Assembly (NCBI GenBank): GCA_021796545.1
Contig: JAKABX010000002.1
Coordinates: 1 to 62,834, forward strand
Source: Actinomycetes bacterium
Lineage (GTDB): Bacteria > Actinomycetota > Acidimicrobiia > Acidimicrobiales > Bog-793
DNA: 62,834 nt
Reading direction: 5' to 3'
Positions 12,387 to 22,168 of the stretch are shown here, piece after piece (the stretch's first letter is position 1; each line of letters opens with the position of its first letter). The notes beneath the pieces were generated by a model that was not told the DNA's origin, did not search any database, and saw only the letters and a list, made by a program, of their open reading frames with translations. A program made the translations under genes and the position numbers.

Positions 12387-12890
12387 TCAGGCGTCCTTGC
12401 GCAGCGGGGCCCGTAGGTCGGCGGCGATCGCGTGCGTCCAGGACTGCACGTGAGTGGGGTCGCGCCAGTCCCCAGCGTTCCTCTTCGCCATGAGATGGGC
12501 CAGAAAGCCCCTCGCGTCGCTGGTGAGACGCCCGCCGAAGGTTGCGTGGCCCCGGGCTCCGACCCGGTCCATGAGCGCCCTGACGCTCCGGATCGGAGCG
12601 ATGTCCCGCTCGCTCGCCGACGCATCGAGCGGCCCGCTCGAGAAGAAGTAGGTCGGAATATTGCACAGGACATGCGTATGTCGCCTGATGAAGCGCCTTG
12701 CGTCTCGGTGCCAGCGGAAGGCGTAGAGCGCGCCGCCCACGATGACGGCTTCGTAACCCTCGACGCGGCCTTGCGCGCTGGCGGGAGCCACCTCGACGGT
12801 GAAGCCTTCCCGGCGGAGGGCGTCGGCCACCATCTCCGCCAGCCCCGCAGTTCCCCCCTGTTTGGACCCGTAGGCGACGAGAATCGACAT
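12387..12890 (-). CDS. Flavodoxin-domain protein (HemG / Flavodoxin_5-like)
   Basis: MSILVAYGSKQGGTAGLAEMVA... is the typical flavodoxin_5 N-terminus. 167 aa. Confidence 0.85.
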   Translation of the reverse strand: MSILVAYGSKQGGTAGLAEMVADALRREGFTVEVAPASAQGRVEGYEAVIVGGALYAFRWHRDARRFIRRHTHVLCNIPTYFFSSGPLDASASERDIAPIRSVRALMDRVGARGHATFGGRLTSDARGFLAHLMAKRNAGDWRDPTHVQSWTHAIAADLRAPLRKDA

Positions 12891-13206
12891 CGGACACCTC
12901 CAATGCGGTGCATCATCCGCCGGCGCGCCCGGGCCCGGTAGGGGCCGACGACCCTGCCGGTCGCGTCAGAGGGCACCGAGGTGATGGCCGGCGCGACCAG
13001 GTCGGCGCAGAGTCAACACGGGATCTCGCCATCTCGTACCCGTCGGCTGCTCCGGGCGCGCACCTCGGGGGCACGGGCGGACCACGCGTGGCCGAGGTCG
13101 TCGCCGGCGTGTCGACGCGGGCGGGTCCCTAGACTTGGGGCGTCACCGGTCGTGATCGGAGAAGGAGACGACAGCTCGGGGCTCACCTTCGCCCGCCGCC
13201 CGCCGC

Positions 13207-13587
13207 GTGGGTGCTGCGGCCGCGGTTTCGGGCCTTGTGCTCTACGGCTGGTTCGGGGCCGGACTCCGGCCCTTCAGCGCACCGATGGAAGCGGTGGTCG
13301 CGCTTCCGATCGCGGTCGTGGCGGGGGTCGCGTGGCACGGCGGCCGTCTGCGGGCAGGTTCACCGTTTCGATGGCGGGAGGTTCTGGCCTGGGTGACCCT
13401 CGCCGGGCTCCTGGCCGCCGTCGAAGCGGAGGCCTACCTCTCGGCACCGAGGAGCGCCCATCCGACGCTCAGTTCGATCGCCGACTCGTTGATGGCCTCG
13501 CATCCCGAGCGAGCTTTCCTCTTCGTTTCGTGGATCGCGCTCGGGGCCGTGCTCTTCGGGTCCGACAGGGCGAGGCGCGCGTCGTGA
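13207..13587 (+). CDS. Hypothetical membrane protein (about 4 TM)
   Basis: ORF 13207..13587 with a GTG start, hydrophobic segments and high GC3. Its stop overlaps the next start (GTGA). Confidence 0.55.
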   Translation: MGAAAAVSGLVLYGWFGAGLRPFSAPMEAVVALPIAVVAGVAWHGGRLRAGSPFRWREVLAWVTLAGLLAAVEAEAYLSAPRSAHPTLSSIADSLMASHPERAFLFVSWIALGAVLFGSDRARRAS

Positions 13588-13796
13588 GTGCCGTGCTCAC
13601 CGACGCCGCCTACGGCCTCGTGCTCATCGCGGGGATCGCGCTCCAGGTGATTCGCGCCGTGCGCGGGTCACTGACTCTCGGGAGGCTGATTCGCCGTCTT
13701 CTTGCCGCAAGGACGGCTCGCACAATCCTCTTTCTCGGCTGGGCGTGGCTGGGCTGGCACCTCTTCGTCCGGGGTTCGGCCGCGTTCCTGCACTGA
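13584..13796 (+). CDS. Small hypothetical membrane protein (2 TM), C-terminal GWAWLGWHLFVR motif
   Basis: In-frame tail of ORF 12981..13796. GTG 13584 overlaps the upstream TGA (GTGA). Two hydrophobic helices. Confidence 0.5.
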   Translation: MSAVLTDAAYGLVLIAGIALQVIRAVRGSLTLGRLIRRLLAARTARTILFLGWAWLGWHLFVRGSAAFLH

Positions 13797-13889
13797 CGCG
13801 CACCCCCCGCGAACAGACACGGCGCGCCGCCCGCGCCCGGCGGGCGTGCCCCTTTCGTCGCGGGGCACACCGGCCGGGGAGAGTCCCGA

Positions 13890-14603
13890 CTAGGGGCCCG
13901 AGCCGCCCTTCAAGAAGCACCACGCTGCAGTGGTCACCTGCCGGTTCACGTAGGCGAACTGGGTGTAGCGGTGGCCTGCGGGAAGGACCGCGTTCCCCAC
14001 GACGACCGAGAAGCTCACTCGGTAGAGGCGCTTCAGGGTCGGCCCGCCACCGGCCGGCTCACCCGGGGGCAGGGCGATCTGCTTGGTGGCGATGTCGCGG
14101 ACGCGAAACGGTGGCGGGGGGATGACGTACTGGGCCGCGATCGCCGGATTGCTCGAACAGCGCGGCCGCGTCGGGGGCGGCGCGATGTCGGAGAGCCGGG
14201 TGAGCGGCAGGGTCGTCGAGGCCGTCACCGTGTAGCGGTAGCGGATCACGCTGAACAGCAGGCCGAGCTTGGTCGACTTCGGCGCGGACAGGGTGAGGAC
14301 CGCCGGGTACTTGTGGAACTTTCCCGCCGCACAAGTCGGGGCGCAGTCGTTCTGCACGAAGGTGGCGGTGCCCGTCGCCGCGGTGCGCCCCCAGCTCGTC
14401 CAGCGGATCGCGTTGAAGTAGGTGTTGGCATCCGCGCACGCGAGCACGTAGCTGGTTGGCCGCACCACGACCTTGCCGGCGCAGGTCAGGACGTGCGGTG
14501 TTGGGCTCGTCGCGCCGAGCGCGTTCGAAACGCCGGTCGTTGCGCCGCCTGCGGCGAGAGCGATGCCGGCGACGAGTCCGAGTCCGAGCAGTCGTCGCAA
14601 CAA
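13890..14603 (-). CDS. Secreted hypothetical protein (Cys-containing N-domain)
   Basis: ORF 13890..14969 trimmed to TTG 14603 (GGGAGG 5 nt upstream). Signal-like LLRRLLGLGLVAGIALAAGGA. Mature part carries paired cysteines (TCAG...LACAD...NDCAPTCAAG). Confidence 0.65.
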   Translation of the reverse strand: MLRRLLGLGLVAGIALAAGGATTGVSNALGATSPTPHVLTCAGKVVVRPTSYVLACADANTYFNAIRWTSWGRTAATGTATFVQNDCAPTCAAGKFHKYPAVLTLSAPKSTKLGLLFSVIRYRYTVTASTTLPLTRLSDIAPPPTRPRCSSNPAIAAQYVIPPPPFRVRDIATKQIALPPGEPAGGGPTLKRLYRVSFSVVVGNAVLPAGHRYTQFAYVNRQVTTAAWCFLKGGSGP

Positions 14604-14902
14604 GGAGACCTCCCTTCGCAAGCCGCCCCGCACGCGCCGTGCAGGGCCGCCCCTTTGATTGAGCGCCGGGTGCCAGCGCGCCGCAAGGGCCGAAAGTCCT
14701 GGTGCGAGCGCGCTTGCGTGAGGGACGGTCGTGGCGGGGGAGCCTGGCGAGGCGTCGTTGGTGCGTCCAGGCAGAGCGCGGCGGGCCGGGGTGGCCCGTG
14801 TCGTCCGGGGCCGAGACGACGCCCGCTCGTGTGGTGCGCGGCGGGCGGCGGTTTCGCGACGGCGCGGTCCCGCCCGCGCAGCGCCGGCGTGTGGGGTCGC
14901 GC

Positions 14903-16672
14903 CTACGCGGCGCGTGCGGCAGTCCTGGCGGCAGAGGAGAGGAAGCGACCGATGAGGGGAAGCTCCCACAGCGACTCGGCGCGCGCGATCGCGAGTGCGG
15001 CCGAGATGACGTGTTCGGGCGCGTCGCAGTATGCGTAGCGCGAGACCCAGCGTGGGTGGTACTTCGCGTTGAAGCGCCAGAGCGACTCGGCCTGGGACGC
15101 GCCCGCGAGGCTCCGGGTGGCCCAGGCCTGGGCCCGCTGGACCGCTCCGCTGCCGGTCTCGCCTGCGAAGATGGCCCGCATCACGGCGAAGTTGAGCCCG
15201 AGCCCGCCGTGGCCCTGCGCGGCGAGGTGGCGGATGGTCTCGACCAGGGCGAAGTCGATCAGCCCGTTCGGGTGCGTGCCGCGCTCACGGCGCATGACGT
15301 CGAGCGAGTACCCGCTGATGTCGGGCGCGGGTACGTAGTGGCAGAAGGCCACCGGCCGGCCGGCGGTCCCATGCGGTTGGCCGTCAGCGACCGGCGCGTG
15401 CACGACCGCGAGCAGCAGGCCCTTGTCCTCGGGGTCGAACAGGCGTCCGAGCGTCATGGAGAACCCCCGCTCGGCCTCGCCGCGGCGGCTGTCGCTGCTG
15501 ATCGCTCGCAGCTCGGCGCGCAATGCGGGTTCGATTTGCGCGGGGTCGTGGAACGAGACCGTGTAGCCGTGTCGCGCCACGCGCCCTGCCGCCTGGCGAA
15601 GGCCCTTGGCGGTGCCTCCCTGGAGGCTGAACTCCTGGAGCGCCACGACCGCCTCGTCGCCGATGTAGAGCTCGCGCATCCCTCCGGCGCGATACAGCTC
15701 GCGCCACGGCGCGCCGGCGGCGAGCACCCCGAGCGCCCAGCCCTGCGCGTCGACGAAGGCGCGAAACGCCCGCCACACCTCCGCCCGCTCGTGGGCCGGC
15801 CCGATCGGGTCCGGCGAGACGAGGCAGAACGTCCCGTAGACCGCGTAGGCGACGAGGGAGTCCCCGGCGAAGAAGAAGCGCTTGTCCTCGCGCAGCGCGA
15901 AGTAGTCGAGCGTGCCCCCGCCGTGGCGGCGCACGATCGCCCGGGCGCGCGCGAGCCGGCGGAGCGTCTCGTCGCGGCCGTGCCAGTGTGCCACCGCGGG
16001 GCGGAAGACCAGCGCGAGGGCGCCGAGCGCGATGCCCGCCGCGGCGGTGGACATCGCCGGGTCGAAGAACGCGGCGAAGCGGTGGGGCAGGGCCACGAGG
16101 TCGATCCCGACGAGGCGGCCCGCCGAGGCCGCGAACGCGCGACCGAGCGGCATGCGCCCCGCACCGTGGCCGTGGAGCGCCGCGAGCCACGTGCTCGTCT
16201 CGATGCCGACGGCGCCGCCGGCGAGCGCGGCCGCAACTGCGGCGGCGAGCGCCGGGATGCCACGGCGCAGGCTCGGCGTGTCCGACGCGGCCGGAAAGCG
16301 GTCGCGGCGCAGCCACAGGTAGCCCGCCACCGCCGCGGAGACGGTCGCCTCCCCGACGTCGAGCCCCTTCAGCAGGTGGAGCACGACCGAGGAGGTGAGC
16401 AGGACCATGCACGTCGCCCAGGCGCGTCGCTGCCCGCGGCGGACGCCGCGCGCGACCACGAGCAGACCGAGCCCGGCGACCGCTGAGAGAGCCGCGGCGG
16501 TCTCGGGCACGACGACCGGCAGGATCTCCTCGAGGGTGCGCACACGCGCGCCGAGCGGAGGCGAGAGCGCGGACGCCAGGGTGACCATGCCGATGAGGGC
16601 GACGAGGCTCGCGGCGAAACGGCGCGTCCGCCGGTGGGACCCGAAGACCGCGTGGGAGTGGTGAGCGGGCAA
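14903..16672 (-). CDS. MprF-type phosphatidylglycerol aminoacyl-transferase-like protein (TM region + DUF2156 domain)
   Basis: ORF 14903..16975. The C-terminal half (LDYFALREDKRFFFAGDSLVAYAVYGTFCLVSPDPIG...) matches the DUF2156/LysX-MprF synthase domain. The N-terminal half has about 6 TM. Start (TTG 16672 or ATG 16588) is uncertain. Confidence 0.8.
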   Translation of the reverse strand: MPAHHSHAVFGSHRRTRRFAASLVALIGMVTLASALSPPLGARVRTLEEILPVVVPETAAALSAVAGLGLLVVARGVRRGQRRAWATCMVLLTSSVVLHLLKGLDVGEATVSAAVAGYLWLRRDRFPAASDTPSLRRGIPALAAAVAAALAGGAVGIETSTWLAALHGHGAGRMPLGRAFAASAGRLVGIDLVALPHRFAAFFDPAMSTAAAGIALGALALVFRPAVAHWHGRDETLRRLARARAIVRRHGGGTLDYFALREDKRFFFAGDSLVAYAVYGTFCLVSPDPIGPAHERAEVWRAFRAFVDAQGWALGVLAAGAPWRELYRAGGMRELYIGDEAVVALQEFSLQGGTAKGLRQAAGRVARHGYTVSFHDPAQIEPALRAELRAISSDSRRGEAERGFSMTLGRLFDPEDKGLLLAVVHAPVADGQPHGTAGRPVAFCHYVPAPDISGYSLDVMRRERGTHPNGLIDFALVETIRHLAAQGHGGLGLNFAVMRAIFAGETGSGAVQRAQAWATRSLAGASQAESLWRFNAKYHPRWVSRYAYCDAPEHVISAALAIARAESLWELPLIGRFLSSAARTAARAA

Positions 16673-16955
16673 GGATCGTACGTTATCCCCGCCCCGACGC
16701 CGACCGGGTGACGCTGGGACTCCCAAGCGCGCTCGGCCGCGCCGGGGCTGTCCGCCCGGGCCTCGCCGTCGGCCGCGCAGGTGGCCTGCGATCTGCGCCC
16801 GGCACGGGCGTCCCACGCGGCGCGAGTCGTCACCGGGCGGCGCCGCCCCTCGGGGCTCGGCGCCACCTTGTGCGGGGCGCGGTGCTAGGTTGCAGCCGAC
16901 GGTTCGGGAGCCGGACAAGCGCCGTGCTCTTGCACCTTTCAGATCCGGTGTCCTG

Positions 16956-17951
16956 ATGCCCTTCCTGCCTCTCACCTACGGCGCAGCCCCGCACGGCGCC
17001 GTGAGCCTGCACGTCCTTGTCACCGGCGTCCAGACGGACCCGCTCTCCCTACTGGCGGACCTGCTCGAGCTGGTCGCTCTCGGCCTCTACCTTGCGGGGG
17101 TCCACCGGCTCGCGCAACGCGGACGGCGCTGGTCGCCGTGGAGCACGACGGCGTGCGTCTCGGGGATCGCGGTGCTTTGGATCGCCGTCGGCTCGGGGTT
17201 CGCCGCCTACGACTCGGTCAATGTGACGATGCACGTCATCCAGCACGTGCTGATCATGATGCTGGCGCCGCCGCTCATCGCTCTCGGCAAGCCGGTGACG
17301 CTGATCTCCCAGGCAGTCGGGCGGAACAACCAGGTCCGGGTTCTGAGAGTCGTCCACAGCGCCCCGCTCGCCGCGCTCAGCTTCCCGATCGTCGGCTGGT
17401 TCCTCTACTACGGGACGATGTACGTCTACTTCATGACGGGCCTCTACCCGTACTCGATCGCGCATCCCTTGTTCCACGACGCGACCCACGTCTGGTTCTT
17501 CTCCGTCGGTTATCTCTACTGGCAACCCATCGTCGGCCTCGACCCGGCCCGCTGGCGCCTGTCCCATCCGATGCGCATCGGCTCACTGTTCCTCGGGATG
17601 CCCTTCGAGGCCTTCCTCGGCATCGGCATCACCCAGCTTCCCCATCCCCTGGACAAGATCAACAGCCTCGCCGCCACCCACAACGCAGGCGACACCTTCT
17701 GGATCCTCTCGATGCTCGTGACCGGGGTGTGGTTGGCGACCATCGTCCTTCAGTGGTTCCGCCAGCTCGATCGCGAGACGGCGCGAGAGGACCGGCGGGT
17801 CGAGGCGTCGCTCGCGGAGAACCGCGCGCGCGCCGAGACCCTCGGCATCCACCTGCCCGAGGGCTGCACAGTCCCCTGGTGGCGACTCGAGGAGCTCGAG
17901 CAGCGCAGAGCCCAGCGCCCACGCGAGATCAATCCCGCCTCTGACGGCTGA
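16956..17951 (+). CDS. ctaG: Cytochrome c oxidase assembly factor CtaG-like membrane protein (Caa3_CtaG family)
   Basis: ORF 16890..17951. Contains MHVIQHVLIMMLAPPLIALGKP and later conserved His/Trp-rich TM segments typical of Caa3_CtaG. Start ATG 16956 chosen. Confidence 0.75.
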   Translation: MPFLPLTYGAAPHGAVSLHVLVTGVQTDPLSLLADLLELVALGLYLAGVHRLAQRGRRWSPWSTTACVSGIAVLWIAVGSGFAAYDSVNVTMHVIQHVLIMMLAPPLIALGKPVTLISQAVGRNNQVRVLRVVHSAPLAALSFPIVGWFLYYGTMYVYFMTGLYPYSIAHPLFHDATHVWFFSVGYLYWQPIVGLDPARWRLSHPMRIGSLFLGMPFEAFLGIGITQLPHPLDKINSLAATHNAGDTFWILSMLVTGVWLATIVLQWFRQLDRETAREDRRVEASLAENRARAETLGIHLPEGCTVPWWRLEELEQRRAQRPREINPASDG

Positions 17952-18535
17952 AAGGGCCGGATCACCGACCTCGGGGGGCACCCGGGACCGCCGGCGGGCG
18001 CCGCGCCCCGGCTCGCCGGGCCGGCACCCTTTCCCCACGCGCCGCACGCCGTCGCGGAGAGCGCTCTTTCCCACGGCGCCAACGCGGTGCGTGCTGGCAC
18101 ACGGTGGTCCGTCGCGACCGCGTCGGGTCGGCGGGCTCCAAAACGGAAAAGTGACGCGGGGACCCTCCCCCCGGGCGCGCCGGCGCGCCGAAGGCCATGA
18201 CCGCCGACCGGCCGGCGGGGTGGACCGGTCGTGCCGAGACGCGCGCCGATGCCGGACGCGCTGGGCACGGCGACGCGGCCCGCACGCGGCGCACCTGGGT
18301 CAAGAGGCCCGCGAGGTCCGTCCTGGAGCGGTGGGCGTGCACACAGCGAAGTCCCTTGCACCGGAGGTCGGGGTCCCGCGCCCGGGTCTTTCCCCCCTCA
18401 GAAGACGCCGGGCGCGGCGCGCGGTCGCCCGGGCGCGACGGAGCCGACGACGGGGGGCGCGCCATCCGCTGTGGTGCTCGGGGGCGTCGGCGTTACTCTC
18501 GGGCGGCACCCGGTCCACCGTGGTGCGGGCACAGG

Positions 18536-19864
18536 ATGGGGGGCGGCGGTTTGGGCGACAGCGGAGCGGAGCGCAGCATCCTCGACGGTTGGCTGGAGGC
18601 GGTCGGAGTCCTGCCGCTGGTGGAGCTCTCCGCAACCGGCGAGATCGTGGCGGTCAACGACACCTACTGTGCGCTGGTCGGGCGCTCGCGCGACGAGCTC
18701 ATCGGCCACTCACCGGTCGAGTTCACGCATCCCGACGATCTCGTCGCGACTCGCGTCCTGCTCGGCACCGAGCCCGAGCGCGCCGAGGCCGGGCGCCAGA
18801 TCGAGAAGCGCTACCTGCGCCCGGACGGCACCGCAATCTGGGTGCGGGTGACGGTGCTTTGGCGTCCTGATCTCGGCCGGATGTTCGGCTACGCCGACGA
18901 CATCAGCGGAGTCGTCGGTGCGCGCCGGCGCCAGGAGGCCCTGATCCAGCACACGGCCGACCCCATTCTCGTGATCGGCGCGGACGGTCGGCTGACCGAC
19001 ATGAATCCCGCGGCCGCCGGCCTCTTCGGGGACATGGCGGGCGCCCCCGCGCTCGAGGCCATCATGGCGAGGCTCGATCCGGAGGCGATCTCCGATGCCG
19101 TTGCCGAGCTGGGTGCGCTGTTTGACCGGCCCGGTCTGCACGAGCCCGTCACGCTCGCGGTCAGGACCGACGCCGGCAACCGCGTCCACCTGAGGCTCGT
19201 CGCCGACAACCAGCTCGACGATCCCGCCATCGCCGGGATCGTCGTGAGTGCCCGCGACGTCACCCACGAGACCGAGCGCGAGGCGCAGGCCGCGCGCCAC
19301 CAGAAGGCGCTCGTCGACGCGCTCGTGCGGACGACGGAGTTCCGCGATCCCTACACGGCCGGCCATCAGCTGCACGTTGCCGACCTCTCCCGCGAGATCG
19401 GCGAGCGCCTCGGCCTCTCAAAGGACAGCGTCAACGAGATCGTCCTTGGCGCGAGCCTCCACGACCTCGGCAAGGTCGCCGTGCCCGCGGAGATCCTCGC
19501 CCGCCCCGGGCCCCTCTCCGCGCCCGAACGGGACATCATGCGCAGCCATCCCGCGGTCGGCTCCGCCATCCTCGACGCGTCGGGGCTCCCCGAGGCCATC
19601 TTGGACATCGTCCTGCACCACCACGAGCGCCTCGACGGTTCGGGCTATCCCGACGGTCTCGGCGGCGAGGAGCTCAGCTTGCACAGCCGCATCGTCGCGG
19701 TCGCAGACGTCGTCGATGCGATGACGAGCCACCGCCCCTACCGCCCGGCCCTCGGAGTCGAGACGGCTCGCCAGGAGCTCGAGGACAACAGCGGTCGGCG
19801 CTATGACCCCGACGTCGTGGGCGCCGCGCTCTTCGTCCTCGACCGGGACGGGCGCGGCCGCTGA
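18536..19864 (+). CDS. PAS-domain HD-GYP phosphohydrolase (putative c-di-GMP phosphodiesterase)
   Basis: ORF 18197..19864 trimmed to ATG 18536. Two PAS-like segments, then HD (HDLGK) and HHERLDGSGYPDGL (HD-GYP signature). Confidence 0.85.
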   Translation: MGGGGLGDSGAERSILDGWLEAVGVLPLVELSATGEIVAVNDTYCALVGRSRDELIGHSPVEFTHPDDLVATRVLLGTEPERAEAGRQIEKRYLRPDGTAIWVRVTVLWRPDLGRMFGYADDISGVVGARRRQEALIQHTADPILVIGADGRLTDMNPAAAGLFGDMAGAPALEAIMARLDPEAISDAVAELGALFDRPGLHEPVTLAVRTDAGNRVHLRLVADNQLDDPAIAGIVVSARDVTHETEREAQAARHQKALVDALVRTTEFRDPYTAGHQLHVADLSREIGERLGLSKDSVNEIVLGASLHDLGKVAVPAEILARPGPLSAPERDIMRSHPAVGSAILDASGLPEAILDIVLHHHERLDGSGYPDGLGGEELSLHSRIVAVADVVDAMTSHRPYRPALGVETARQELEDNSGRRYDPDVVGAALFVLDRDGRGR

Positions 19865-19970
19865 GACGGCGCCCGCCGGCGCGCCGGATCGGCTGGCGCA
19901 ACGCAGCGTGACGTGACGCCATGCGACGCCGAGGCTGGCCGCGGCGCCCGGTCTCAGGTGGCCGCGGACC

Positions 19971-20654
19971 TCAGGCGCGGGGGACGAGGCGGTAGCCGGC
20001 GCCACGGACGGTCTGGATCATCGGCGTGAGCCCGGGGCGGTTGAGCTTGCGTCGCAGGTAGCCGACGTAGACGTCGACGATGTTGCTGCCGGGGTCGAAG
20101 CCGTAGTCCCAGACCCGGTTGAGGATCTGCACCCGCGACAGGATCTGGGTCGGATTCCGCATGAACATCTCGAGGAGGGCCCACTCCCGCGGGGTCAGCT
20201 CGATGCTGTGCCCACCGCGGCGCGCGGTCTTGGAGACGAGGTCGAAGGTGAGGTCCTCGACGCTGAGGACGTTCGAGGTCTCCGGGTCTGCGGCCCGCAG
20301 TGCAGCGCGGATGCGGGCGAGCAGCTCGTCGAACGCGAACGGCTTGGTGATGTAGTCGGTGGCACCCGCGTCGAGGCCCGCGACCTTGTCGCTCGTGCTC
20401 TGCCGGGCGGTGACGATCAGGACCGGCACGCGCGCGTTGGCGGCGCGCAGTTCGCGCAGCAGCGCCATGCCGTCGACGTCGGGCAGGCCGAGGTCGAGCA
20501 GGACGAGCGAGAGGCCGTCGCCCGCGCCGGCGAGCGCGTCGAGCGCGGCGCCTGCGTCGCCGGCCGTCGTGACCGTGTAGCCCTCGGCGGCGAGTCCCTT
20601 GGCGAAGAACGCGGCGATGCGGTGGTCGTCTTCGACGACAAGGATCGAGGTCAC
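19971..20654 (-). CDS. Response regulator, OmpR/PhoB family
   Basis: MTSILVVEDD..LDLGLPDVDG receiver domain plus C-terminal winged helix (LTPREWALLEMF). GTG start overlaps the HK stop (GTGA). Confidence 0.95.
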   Translation of the reverse strand: MTSILVVEDDHRIAAFFAKGLAAEGYTVTTAGDAGAALDALAGAGDGLSLVLLDLGLPDVDGMALLRELRAANARVPVLIVTARQSTSDKVAGLDAGATDYITKPFAFDELLARIRAALRAADPETSNVLSVEDLTFDLVSKTARRGGHSIELTPREWALLEMFMRNPTQILSRVQILNRVWDYGFDPGSNIVDVYVGYLRRKLNRPGLTPMIQTVRGAGYRLVPRA

Positions 20655-22105
20655 GGCTTCGCGTTGGGGGCGGGAAGCGCGCGCGGCGCGCGGCGGACGC
20701 GTCCCGCGGGCAGGACGATGCGCACCGTTGTGCCCCGTCCCGGAGCGCTCGACAGCGCGATCTCACCGTGATGGCCCTCGGCCACGGCCTTCGCGATCGC
20801 GAGGCCGAGGCCGCTTCCGGTGTAGCGGCTGGTCGGTGAGCGTCGGAACCGGTCGAAGACCGCGGCCTGCTCCGCCGCCGGGATGCCCCGTCCCGTGTCG
20901 GCCACCTCGAGGACGAGGTCGGTCCCGAGCGTGGCCGTGAGGGCGATCGCGTCGGTCTCACTGGTGGCCTTGACGGCGTTGTCGACGATGTTGAGCAGGG
21001 CGCCGCGCAGCTTGCTGCGGTCGACGCGCACCTGGAGGTCCGGGACGGGGCCGAGCGACCACTTGCGCGGCGCCATCACGCGGGCGGCGTCGAAGACCTC
21101 CTCGAGGAGCGCGGGGAGCTCGACCTCCTCCTCGAGGAGGAAGTCCGGCTCGAGCGCCTGGCCGAGGAGCAGGACCCGCTGCACCATCAACGACATTTGG
21201 GCCAGCTCGTCGATGACGAGCGCAACGGTCTCGCTCTGCTCGGCGGCGCCGGCGCTCTCTGCGCGGGCGAGCACCTCGAGGTGCCCGAGCGCGACCGTGA
21301 GGGGTGTGCGCAGCTGATGCGAGACGTTCGCGAGGAGCTGGCGGTGGGCCGTGAAGGAGGCGTCGAGCTGCGCCAGCATGTCGTCCATCGTGCGGGCGAG
21401 GCGGCCGACCTCGTCGTCGGGACCCCCGTAGGAGAGGCGGTGGGCGAAGTCGCCGCCGCGCGCCTCGCGGGCCGCCTCGGTCACCCGGTTGACCGTCCGC
21501 AGGACCCGGCGCAGCAGGTAGTAGCCGCCCGCCACAGCCGCCACCAGCGCGCCGAGACCCTCGAGGGCGGCGATCGCGAGCTGCTCGTTGCGGTCTGGGT
21601 TGAGCGAGGTGAGGTCGGCCGCGGCGACGAAGGTGACGACGTGACGCCCGTCGAGGTGCACCGGGGCGCCGAGCATCCGGTAGGTCCCACTCGCCGTCGC
21701 GTAGGTCACGAGCGTCGCTTCTCCCGGGGGGTGCGCGATCCAGCGTCGCACCGGGGCCGCACCGGTGAGGAAGGCCGACCGCGGGCTCGTGAGAGCAGGA
21801 GCGGCGCGGGTGCCGAGCACGAGGAGGAGGTTGCGTCCCGGGGGGTGGCTCTCGAGGTAGGCGCGGGAGAAGGTCGCGAGACTCTCGTCGGGCGGCCGGC
21901 TCGCGGCGGCGCTCCTGTACTCGGTGACCTCGTCGGCGAGCTCGACATTGAGGGCGCGCTCGAGACGGCCGGTGATCACCCGGTCCGACTGCCAGACGAT
22001 CGCCCCGATGACGACGACGAGCAGCACGGTGTGACCCACCATCAACCGGGTGGTGATGCCGAAGCGACCCCAGCGCCTCGCAAGCCGGCGGGTCGCGCCC
22101 AGCAC
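20651..22105 (-). CDS. Sensor histidine kinase (2 TM, HAMP, HisKA, HATPase_c)
   Basis: H-box LANVSHQLRTPLT, and N/G boxes (NIVDNAVKAT, DTGRGIP, GSGLGLAI). Confidence 0.9.
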   Translation of the reverse strand: MLGATRRLARRWGRFGITTRLMVGHTVLLVVVIGAIVWQSDRVITGRLERALNVELADEVTEYRSAAASRPPDESLATFSRAYLESHPPGRNLLLVLGTRAAPALTSPRSAFLTGAAPVRRWIAHPPGEATLVTYATASGTYRMLGAPVHLDGRHVVTFVAAADLTSLNPDRNEQLAIAALEGLGALVAAVAGGYYLLRRVLRTVNRVTEAAREARGGDFAHRLSYGGPDDEVGRLARTMDDMLAQLDASFTAHRQLLANVSHQLRTPLTVALGHLEVLARAESAGAAEQSETVALVIDELAQMSLMVQRVLLLGQALEPDFLLEEEVELPALLEEVFDAARVMAPRKWSLGPVPDLQVRVDRSKLRGALLNIVDNAVKATSETDAIALTATLGTDLVLEVADTGRGIPAAEQAAVFDRFRRSPTSRYTGSGLGLAIAKAVAEGHHGEIALSSAPGRGTTVRIVLPAGRVRRAPRALPAPNAKP

Positions 22106-22168
22106 GTCTTTCAGGCTACCGGGACGCGTCCGGTCCTCCGGCGGGCGCGTGCGACCGGCGATCGGCGC

